Below are positions 43,004 through 49,631 of a stretch of 64,000 bases of DNA, one piece after another. This DNA is from Candidatus Nealsonbacteria bacterium (lineage in GTDB: Bacteria > Patescibacteriota > Minisyncoccia > Minisyncoccales > UBA6532), in contig JACPLN010000002.1 in the NCBI GenBank assembly GCA_016186485.1, positions 1,548 to 65,547 of the forward strand, in the 5' to 3' direction. The translations under genes and the position numbers were made by a program. Position 1 is the stretch's first letter. Each line of letters begins with the position of its first letter. Under the pieces are notes generated by a model that saw only the letters and a list, made by a program, of their open reading frames with translations, had not been told where the DNA came from and ran no database searches.

Positions 43004-43929
43004 TATACGATTTGATAATTGTGGGCGGCGGGCCGGGGGGAGCCGCAGCCGGAGTTTATGCCGCTAGAAAAAGAATAAAAAGCCTTTTGATTACCAAAGA
43101 TTGGGGGGGCCAATCCAACGTTTCTGTTGAAATTCAAAACTGGATTGGCGTTGTTTCAATGTCGGGCCATGAAATGATGAAAAAAATAGAGGAGCATGTT
43201 AAGGCGTACGCAGACAATATTCTGGCGTTTGACGAGGGATCGCTGGTTGCAAAAATTTCTCAAAAAAACCCCATTTTTGATTTAGAAACCGATAAGGGCA
43301 AAAAATACCAAGCTAAATCCATTATTGTTGTTTCGGGATCACGCCGCAGGAAGTTAGATGCGCCGGGTTCAAAAGAATTTGAGGGCAAAGGCGTAGTTTA
43401 CTGCGCCTCTTGCGACGCCCCATTGTTTAAAGATAAAGAGGTTGCGGTAGTTGGCGGGGGAAACGCCGGTTTTGAATCTGCCCAGCAATTGCTGGCTTAC
43501 GCCGCTAAAATATATATTTTAGAATACGGCGAAGATTTTAAAGCAGATGAGGTAACCAGGGAAAACGTTATGAAAGACAAAAGAGTGGTGCCCATAACTA
43601 TGGCAGAAATCACGGAGATTAAGGGAAATAAGCTTGTCAACGCTTTGTCTTATAAAAACAGGAAAACAGGAGAAAATAAGGAATTATCTGTTCAGGGAGT
43701 TTTTGTTGAGATAGGATCAATTCCAAACAGCGATTTTGTAAAAGGTTTAGTGGAACTTAATAAGCATGGAGAGATAGCCATTGACCACAAAACCTGCCGA
43801 ACTTCAGTTGAAGGAATTTGGGCAGCCGGAGATGTTACTGACAGCCCCTATAAGCAAAATAATATTTCAATGGGAGATGCAGTAAAAGCCCTTGAAGATT
43901 TATACGTCTGGCTACAAAAGAATAAATAA
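43000..43929 (+). CDS. Thioredoxin-reductase-like flavoprotein, AhpF C-terminal-module type, lacking the NADPH HRR motif
   Basis: FAD motif VGGGPGGAAAG, redox CASC, second dinucleotide fold VVGGGNAGFE followed by ILEYGEDFKAD instead of HRRxxxR, and AAGDVTDSPYKQ. Confidence 0.85.
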   Translation: MIYDLIIVGGGPGGAAAGVYAARKRIKSLLITKDWGGQSNVSVEIQNWIGVVSMSGHEMMKKIEEHVKAYADNILAFDEGSLVAKISQKNPIFDLETDKGKKYQAKSIIVVSGSRRRKLDAPGSKEFEGKGVVYCASCDAPLFKDKEVAVVGGGNAGFESAQQLLAYAAKIYILEYGEDFKADEVTRENVMKDKRVVPITMAEITEIKGNKLVNALSYKNRKTGENKELSVQGVFVEIGSIPNSDFVKGLVELNKHGEIAIDHKTCRTSVEGIWAAGDVTDSPYKQNNISMGDAVKALEDLYVWLQKNK

Positions 43930-43940
43930 AATCCTTCTCG

Positions 43941-43949
43941 TGGTATAAT
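43941..43949 (+). promoter_or_regulatory. Extended -10 promoter element TGgTATAAT with no gene directly downstream
   Basis: TG at 43941-43942 and TATAAT at 43944-43949, 12 nt after the stop of the preceding gene. Confidence 0.45.
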
Positions 43950-43955
43950 AGATTT

Positions 43956-44075
43956 AGGTTATCCATTGCTTTTAGTTGGGTGATGCCTATTGGTTTATCG
44001 CCTCCTAACAAAGCAGTGGGAGGGAAAGGGGAGGGGAAACAAAAACCCCGTACTTAGTGCGAGGTTTTTGTTTTT
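43956..44075 (+). ncRNA. Candidate ~120-nt structured small RNA (unclassified)
   Basis: It lies between the orphan extended -10 and a weak terminator (AACCCCG...CGAGGTT plus TTTTTGTTTTT). It has a 10-bp helix CCATTGCTTT/AAAGCAGTGG (43963-43972 / 44010-44019) enclosing GGTGAT/ATCGCC, then a G-rich tract. No match to any RNA family I can recognise. Confidence 0.3.
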
Positions 44076-44078
44076 GTG

Positions 44079-44154
44079 CCCCTTAGTAGATTTTTGACAA
44101 GGTTTTCTGAAGAAAACCTAATATCGCGAAGCGGGTCAAAAATTCACTACGGGG
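44079..44154. repeat. Long-stem hairpin repeat, copy A (76 nt)
   Basis: Outer 20-nt arms CCCCTTAGTAGATTTTTGAC / GTCAAAAATTCACTACGGGG, inner hairpin AGGTTTTC-TGAA-GAAAACCT, and unpaired AATATCGCGAAGCGG. Confidence 0.85.
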
Positions 44155-44164
44155 TGGGGAGAAA

Positions 44165-44251
44165 ATGTGCAAAATCTGGGCAAAATTTCAGTGGTTTTAC
44201 AAAGATGCTCTTAATTTGACGCATAACTTAAAAAATGCCATAGTTAAATAA
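44165..44251 (+). CDS. Possible 28-aa micro-ORF (MCKIWAKFQWFYKDALNLTHNLKNAIVK)
   Basis: A GGGGAG SD 3-4 nt upstream that abuts the 3' arm of repeat copy A, followed by a 9-bp hairpin. Very speculative. Confidence 0.2.
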   Translation: MCKIWAKFQWFYKDALNLTHNLKNAIVK

Positions 44252-44253
44252 GA

Positions 44254-44296
44254 AAGGGCATCTTAAAGGCGATAAAAAGCCTAGTGATGCCCTTTT
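44254..44296 (+). terminator. Hairpin with a short T-run (possible terminator)
   Basis: A perfect 9-bp stem AAGGGCATC/GATGCCCTT with a 23-nt loop that has its own AGGC/GCCT stem, then TTTTG. Confidence 0.4.
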
Positions 44297-44304
44297 GCGT
44301 TAAA

Positions 44305-44366
44305 CCCCGTAGTAGAAATTGGACTTGCTAACGCAAAATGTAATTTGTCCAATTTTCACTACAGGG
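44305..44366. repeat. Long-stem hairpin repeat, copy B (62 nt, variant with compensated stem)
   Basis: Arms CCCCGTAGTAGAAATTGGAC / GTCCAATTTTCACTACAGGG, with the inner hairpin TTGC-TAAC-GCAA. Confidence 0.8.
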
Positions 44367-44396
44367 TAAAGGTCGAAAAATGAATAAAAAAACAAA

Positions 44397-44675
44397 ATGA
44401 TTGCCCGAAACCAACAAAATTTAATCAATAAAGCAATGAGCTGGTTTTGGGTGCTGCTCTTTGGGACAGCATTGCTGTATATGAGATTTTTAGTGCAGGA
44501 AATGGAAGGCGAAACTAAGAGGCTTGCTGACGAGAGAGAAAGGGCAGAAAGCGGGTTCGTGAAAACCCAAAAAGAGATAGAACGTTTTCAGTCCGATTTT
44601 CAGGCTCAAATAGACGGCGCTCTTAACGATTTTATGCGAGCCTTCCGAAGCAAAGATGTCTACCCCTACCGATAA
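44397..44675 (+). CDS. Hypothetical membrane-anchored coiled-coil protein
   Basis: An N-terminal TM segment (WFWVLLFGTALLY) followed by a charged helical region. Confidence 0.5.
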   Translation: MIARNQQNLINKAMSWFWVLLFGTALLYMRFLVQEMEGETKRLADERERAESGFVKTQKEIERFQSDFQAQIDGALNDFMRAFRSKDVYPYR

Positions 44676-44781
44676 CTTAACTAGGGCACCCATTGAATAA
44701 TATAAAAGCGAAATAACTCACCATGGTGAACCATGTTGGGTTGTCTTAAACGCTTTTTTTATTTCTGCTAGAATAACAGGT

Positions 44782-45498
44782 ATGGATCTCTACAGCGTAA
44801 GAATTAAAGATAAAAAAGAAATCGCCGACAACACCCTCCTTTTTGTATTAGAAAAGCCGGAAAACTTTAAGTTTCGGCCCGGGCAGTTTTTAATGTTAAT
44901 TCTGCCCCAACTTGAAGAAAGCGTTGAAAGGGGCAACTCAAGGCCAATGTCCATTGCTTCCCCGCCATACCAAGAAGAAATTTATATCGCCATAAGAAGA
45001 GGCATAACTCCATTCAAAAAAAAGCTGGAGTCGCTGAATCCCGGCGAAGAAGTAAAAATAAGGGGGCCATACGGCGTATTCGTCCTGTATGACGATCTCA
45101 TAAACACAATAGTTTTTTTAGCCGGCGGGATTGGAATTACTCCGGTAAGAAGCATAATTTTGCAGTCACAATTTGAGAATAAATCCGGCCGATTTTTCCT
45201 TTTTTATTCCAACAACCTTCCAAAAGACGCAGCTTTTTTAGAAGAATTGGGATCCATAAAAGGCATTGATTATAAGCTTGTTTCTACTATGACAAAACCG
45301 GAAGGATTGCCCCAGGATTGGGAAGGAGAAAAAGGTTTTATTGATTTTGAAATGATTAAGAAATATGTTTCCGACGTCAAAGAACCGATTTACTATGTTG
45401 TCGGCCCGCCGGGGTTTGTTGAGGCAATGAAAACAGCGCTGGTTTTAGCGGGGATAGATAAGGCCAAAATAAAGGTTGAAGAATTTAAGGGTTTTTGA
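44782..45498 (+). CDS. Ferredoxin-NADP reductase-like FAD/NAD(P)-binding oxidoreductase
   Basis: RPGQFLML, the FAD motif RPMSIAS, and the NAD motif LAGGIGITPVRS; 238 aa with no fused iron-sulfur or heme domain. Confidence 0.8.
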   Translation: MDLYSVRIKDKKEIADNTLLFVLEKPENFKFRPGQFLMLILPQLEESVERGNSRPMSIASPPYQEEIYIAIRRGITPFKKKLESLNPGEEVKIRGPYGVFVLYDDLINTIVFLAGGIGITPVRSIILQSQFENKSGRFFLFYSNNLPKDAAFLEELGSIKGIDYKLVSTMTKPEGLPQDWEGEKGFIDFEMIKKYVSDVKEPIYYVVGPPGFVEAMKTALVLAGIDKAKIKVEEFKGF

Positions 45499-45510
45499 TA
45501 AAATAATTAA

Positions 45511-45915
45511 ATGAGTTATCATCCTCTGTTGTTTACTTTAGCCGCAATAGGGATCTCAGAAAGCGTTTATTTGATCAGGACAAGAATGGCTGGCCAGAGA
45601 CCGGTTTGCGTTATTGGAAAAGACTGCCATAAGGTTTTGGAATCTGAATACAGAAAGATTTTCGGCATTGATAACGATACTCTCGCCTTGATTTTTTATA
45701 TAATTGTTTCTCTAACCACCGCAATTTTAGTTTTAGAAGCGGGTCCGGTTGTTTTTATCCAAAGATTGGCCAAGATTCTTATTCTAACTGGCGCAGGTTT
45801 TTCTGTTTTAACCATTTTTGTTCAATGGCGGCTAATTAAAGCTTGGTGTTTCTGGTGTTTAATGGCTTCCGCAACGGTATTTTTGATGGCAATAACAATT
45901 TTAATGATGAGCTGA
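45511..45915 (+). CDS. Vitamin K epoxide reductase (VKOR) family membrane protein
   Basis: Four TM helices, the loop cysteines CVIGKDC, and active-site CFWC in the last helix. Confidence 0.8.
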   Translation: MSYHPLLFTLAAIGISESVYLIRTRMAGQRPVCVIGKDCHKVLESEYRKIFGIDNDTLALIFYIIVSLTTAILVLEAGPVVFIQRLAKILILTGAGFSVLTIFVQWRLIKAWCFWCLMASATVFLMAITILMMS

Positions 45916-45922
45916 CATTATT

Positions 45923-46282
45923 ATGAAAACAGCGTCTTTCCATATTTTAAGAGTAGGTACGGCAATTACCTTTTTATGGATAGGCATTTTAATTTTGAAA
46001 GATCCCCAGCTCTGGGGCGGATTTATACAATCCTGGGTTTCCGATCTTTTGCCAATTAGTACTGGTAACATCGCGCTGGGAGCCGCATTTTTTGATATTT
46101 TTGTCGGGGTTTTGCTTTTGGTAGATTACTTTGCCTGGCTAGCCGCTCTTTTGGGGGCAATTCATATCTTTTTGGTTCTTTTTGTTTCCGGCATCAACGC
46201 TATAACCATTAGAGATATCGGGCTTTTAGCCGCAGCCGTTGCTTTATTTATTGATAGCTATAAACAAAAAACAAATGGCTAA
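45923..46282 (+). CDS. Small integral membrane protein (possibly DoxX-like)
   Basis: Four hydrophobic helices; the family assignment is tentative. Confidence 0.6.
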   Translation: MKTASFHILRVGTAITFLWIGILILKDPQLWGGFIQSWVSDLLPISTGNIALGAAFFDIFVGVLLLVDYFAWLAALLGAIHIFLVLFVSGINAITIRDIGLLAAAVALFIDSYKQKTNG

Positions 46283-46967
46283 ATTTACTTTTACCCTAGA
46301 TACGAAATATTTTATTCCATTAGCCGTTGTTGCCGCAGGCGCAATGATTGCTATTGCAATTTTGTATACGGGAGGAGTCAAAATTGCTGCTGTAAAACCA
46401 GAAGTTGGAATAGCGGAATTAAAGACAGGCGGCGAACCTTACCTGGGAAACCCCGATGCAAAAGTAAAAATTGTTTATTATGGGGACTTCCAGTGCCCAT
46501 TTTGCAAGCGCTTTGAAAGCGTTGCCCTGCCGGAGATTAAATCTAGGTATCTTGATAGCGGCAAAGCCGTGTTTTATTTCAAGAATTTTCAATTTTTGGG
46601 CCAAGATTCCGTTACAGCCGGCATAGCCGGAGAGTGTGCTATAAAGCAGTCAAAAGGAAACCTTGATTCTTACTGGAAATTACACAATGCCATGTTTGAA
46701 AAGCAGGACGCTGAAAATGCCGGTTTTGGTTCTGCAGATGACATAAAGAATCTGGTTAGAGAACTTAATTTAGGAATAAATTTGGCTGAATTTGACAAAT
46801 GCCTTGATTCAAGAGAAACGGAAGAAGAGGTTTTAGCGGATACTACCGAAGGCAGGAACGATGGCGTGACGGGCACTCCTGCTAACTTTATTAATGGAAA
46901 GCTTATTCCCGGCGCCCAGGCGGCTTCCGTATTCGTAGCTGAAATTGAAAAATCTTTTAGCCAATAG
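46275..46967 (+). CDS. DsbA-family thiol:disulfide oxidoreductase, membrane anchored
   Basis: An N-terminal anchor followed by the thioredoxin-fold active site YYGDFQCPFCKRF. The start is taken at ATG 46275. Confidence 0.8.
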   Translation: MAKFTFTLDTKYFIPLAVVAAGAMIAIAILYTGGVKIAAVKPEVGIAELKTGGEPYLGNPDAKVKIVYYGDFQCPFCKRFESVALPEIKSRYLDSGKAVFYFKNFQFLGQDSVTAGIAGECAIKQSKGNLDSYWKLHNAMFEKQDAENAGFGSADDIKNLVRELNLGINLAEFDKCLDSRETEEEVLADTTEGRNDGVTGTPANFINGKLIPGAQAASVFVAEIEKSFSQ

Positions 46968-47032
46968 CTCGGTGACAGGTTTTTTAAATACCTTAAAACC
47001 TAATCACTCGCTTATTATGAAGAAGAAAACAC

Positions 47033-47494
47033 ATGATTTTACTAAAAATGCTTAAAAATAGAAAATACTTGGTTTTAAGCGCTTCCCTTGCTGGTTTAAT
47101 TTTGTTTTTATACCCGTTTTTGCAGGTTTTGCCCCAGGGTTTGCATAATTTCGGGTTCTGGTTTTCTCTTTTGACCCCATTAAGATGGTTTTTGTACCTT
47201 TCTTATGGAGTTTTATTTGGTTTAGCAGCTTCTTTTACTGTTTTTTCAAGAAGAGAGAAAGTTTGTCCGGTTCCCGGTAACGGTTCAGGGGCTTTCGGAG
47301 GGTTGGGCGTGCTTTTGGGAATTATTTTGCCCCAATGCCAAGCTTGTTTTTCCCTAGCAGCAATATTTCTGCCATTTAGCGCCATCGCTTTTTTAGCTAC
47401 CCATCTTGTTGAATTTATGGCAATAAGCATAATTTTATTATTATTATCTCTATGGATACAGGGAGCATTTCAAAAAAAGAACTCTACGATTTAA
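47033..47494 (+). CDS. Hypothetical 4-TM membrane protein with CP...CxxC cysteines
   Basis: KVCPVPG and LPQCQACF lie at helix ends. No family was recognised. Confidence 0.6.
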   Translation: MILLKMLKNRKYLVLSASLAGLILFLYPFLQVLPQGLHNFGFWFSLLTPLRWFLYLSYGVLFGLAASFTVFSRREKVCPVPGNGSGAFGGLGVLLGIILPQCQACFSLAAIFLPFSAIAFLATHLVEFMAISIILLLLSLWIQGAFQKKNSTI

Positions 47495-48012
47495 AAAAAG
47501 AGCGTAAAGAAAATGAGAGAACGGGGCCTCGCCAGAAGAATAAAGCCAAGAAATGGTTTTTGGTTGGGGTAGTAATTCTGGTTTCGGTCGGAGGGGTTTT
47601 TGCCGTAAGCAAATATCTGGCAGGTTTCCCCTCGGCCTCAAAAGAAAATCCGGAAAATAGGGTTATTGCTAGGGCAGGAATTCATTGGCATCCTCACCTT
47701 TCAATTAAAATTCTTAGCCAAGAACAGGGCATTCCTGCCGGCATTGGTCTGGGAATAGTTGAGCAGTCAATCCATACGCACGAGTCGGACGGAATTATTC
47801 ACCTAGAACATACGGGTTTAACAAGAGAAAAAGATATTAAACTAGGGAATTTCTTTAAAGTCTGGGGCAAAAGGTTTAATGGGGAATGTATTTTTGATAA
47901 ATGTTCGGGGCCCGAGGGCGAACTTAAAATGTTTGTTAACGGCAAACCCAACTTTGAATTTGAAAATTATTTAATGCGCGACGAAGACAAAATAGAAATT
48001 TTGTTTGAATAA
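47452..48012 (+). CDS. Hypothetical membrane-anchored extracytoplasmic His-rich protein
   Basis: A TM anchor followed by GIHWHPHLSI...SIHTHESDGIIHLEH (a possible metal site). It overlaps the upstream gene by 43 nt. Confidence 0.6.
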   Translation: MDTGSISKKELYDLKKERKENERTGPRQKNKAKKWFLVGVVILVSVGGVFAVSKYLAGFPSASKENPENRVIARAGIHWHPHLSIKILSQEQGIPAGIGLGIVEQSIHTHESDGIIHLEHTGLTREKDIKLGNFFKVWGKRFNGECIFDKCSGPEGELKMFVNGKPNFEFENYLMRDEDKIEILFE

Positions 48013-48025
48013 AAAAGCCAAGTTT

Positions 48026-48304
48026 TCAGCCCGGCTTTTTATTTCGATTTTCCAGCATCCTATTATTCTTCAACATTGCGACGGATATACTAAGAAACAT
48101 TATTCCATACACGATGCCTATTGTAAAGAACAGAACGGAAAACGGATACCCGGCAGAATTAGACGTTTTGTGCAGCAAAAGATTTTCCGATGGGAAAAGG
48201 TCTTCAACAAAAAGGGGAAAGGCCAAAACAGCCAGAGCCGAAAACAGAATACCCAAAAGGAATGTAATCCTAACCGCCTTTTTAGAGTGTTTTTTATTTG
48301 ACAA
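48026..48304 (-). CDS. Hypothetical small membrane protein
   Basis: The best of four mutually overlapping ORFs here; it has two or three clear hydrophobic helices. Confidence 0.4.
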   Translation of the reverse strand: MSNKKHSKKAVRITFLLGILFSALAVLAFPLFVEDLFPSENLLLHKTSNSAGYPFSVLFFTIGIVYGIMFLSISVAMLKNNRMLENRNKKPG

Positions 48305-48359
48305 GGCGCACCTGGTTCAATCATACCAGGGAAAAGCAAAAAGTCAATTTCAGTGCGCA

Positions 48360-48387
48360 TTGACAGCGCAGCTAAAAATAGTATTAT
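48360..48387 (+). promoter_or_regulatory. Sigma70-like promoter TTGACA-16 nt-TATTAT
   Basis: Hexamers at 48360-48365 and 48382-48387. The SD AAAGGTGA lies 6 nt before the thiolase TTG start. Confidence 0.5.
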
Positions 48388-48416
48388 TACACAGTCCTTT
48401 GTAAAGGTGAAAATGG

Positions 48417-49571
48417 TTGGAAGATGTTGTGGTTGTTGATGCCTTAAGGACGCCGATTGGAAAATTCGGCGGAATGTTTAAGGATATCTCGGCCCCAAAT
48501 CTTGGGGCAATAGTAATAAAAGAACTGTTGGGCAGACTTTCTTTGACGGTAACGCCAAAAGATATAGATTTAGTAATCATGGGCCAGGTTTTACAGGCAG
48601 GCCAAGGCCAGGCCCCATCCAGGCAGGCAGCGCTGTATGGCGGCCTCCCTTATTCTTGCAGAGCTTTGACCATAAGAGAGGAGTGCGGTTCTTCTTTAGC
48701 AGCTATCTCTATGGGGGATTCCATGATAAAGGCGGGGAAAGCCGATGTCTTAATTGCCGGCGGAATGGAAAATATGAGCCAGGCTCCGCATCTTTTGAAG
48801 CGCTCTTTCGGGAAGAATTTTGGTCACCAAGAATTGTTAGACAGCATGATCTATGATGGCCTCAAAAACGCCTATAATAAATATTTAATGGGCCGCATTA
48901 CGGAAATAGTCGCTAAGAGATACGGCGTCACCAGAAAAGAACAAGACGAATTTGCCCTATTGAGTTTCAAAAGGGCAATGAAAGCCGCAAGCGAAGGAAT
49001 ATTTAGGGCAGAAATGATTCCAATGCAGGGAAGCGATCAGGGGATTCGCAATACTTCTTTGGAGGAATTAGGAAAATTAAAGCCGGTATTTTTAGACAAG
49101 GGCACAATAACGGCAGGCAACGCCTCGCAGATTTCAGACGGGGCAGCCGCTCTTGTTTTAATGTCTGGGAAAAAAGCGCAAGATCGCGGCATAAAACCGC
49201 TGGTAAGGGTGGTCGGTGAAGCAACCAATGCTTTGTCGCCCCAACATTTCCCGCTTGCTCCCATTGGCGCAATAAGAAAATTGCTGAAGAAGTCAGGCTT
49301 AACGATAAAAGACATAGACCTTTTTGAGGTTAATGAAGCTTTCGCGGCCGTCCCAATTATAATAATGAGGGAAATCGGTATTCCCCAAAACAAGCTTAAT
49401 ATCTATGGCGGAGCGATTGGGGGATTGGGTCATCCCCTAGGAGCGTCAGGAGCCAGGATTTCAACTACCCTTATTAATGCTCTTGTTTCCAATAATTATC
49501 GCTATGGAGTATGCGCGATATGCATAGGCGGCGGCCAGGCGATTGCTATTTTGTACGAAAACATTTTCTAG
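48417..49571 (+). CDS. Acetyl-CoA C-acetyltransferase (thiolase)
   Basis: DALRTPIGKFGG, the active-site Cys context REECGSSLAA, NEAFAAV, GGAIGGLGHPLGASGARI and CIGGGQAIA. TTG start. Confidence 0.88.
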   Translation: MEDVVVVDALRTPIGKFGGMFKDISAPNLGAIVIKELLGRLSLTVTPKDIDLVIMGQVLQAGQGQAPSRQAALYGGLPYSCRALTIREECGSSLAAISMGDSMIKAGKADVLIAGGMENMSQAPHLLKRSFGKNFGHQELLDSMIYDGLKNAYNKYLMGRITEIVAKRYGVTRKEQDEFALLSFKRAMKAASEGIFRAEMIPMQGSDQGIRNTSLEELGKLKPVFLDKGTITAGNASQISDGAAALVLMSGKKAQDRGIKPLVRVVGEATNALSPQHFPLAPIGAIRKLLKKSGLTIKDIDLFEVNEAFAAVPIIIMREIGIPQNKLNIYGGAIGGLGHPLGASGARISTTLINALVSNNYRYGVCAICIGGGQAIAILYENIF

Positions 49572-49631
49572 CCAGCGGCGCATTTGCCGCTTTTTTATTT
49601 GGGTGTTATCATTGGACATGGTTCGTTAAAA

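Noticed and set aside
44079-44366. The hairpin repeats as CRISPR repeats or as integron attC sites.
   Set aside because: There is no regular repeat-spacer periodicity and no cas genes. The ends do not fit the attC R''/R' consensus (RYYYAAC...GTTRRRY). No cassette ORFs lie between copies and no integrase is present.
48311-48330. CCTGG-TTCAATCATA-CCAGG, which resembles a tRNA T-arm.
   Set aside because: The loop is 10 nt rather than 7, and no acceptor, D or anticodon arms can be drawn around it.
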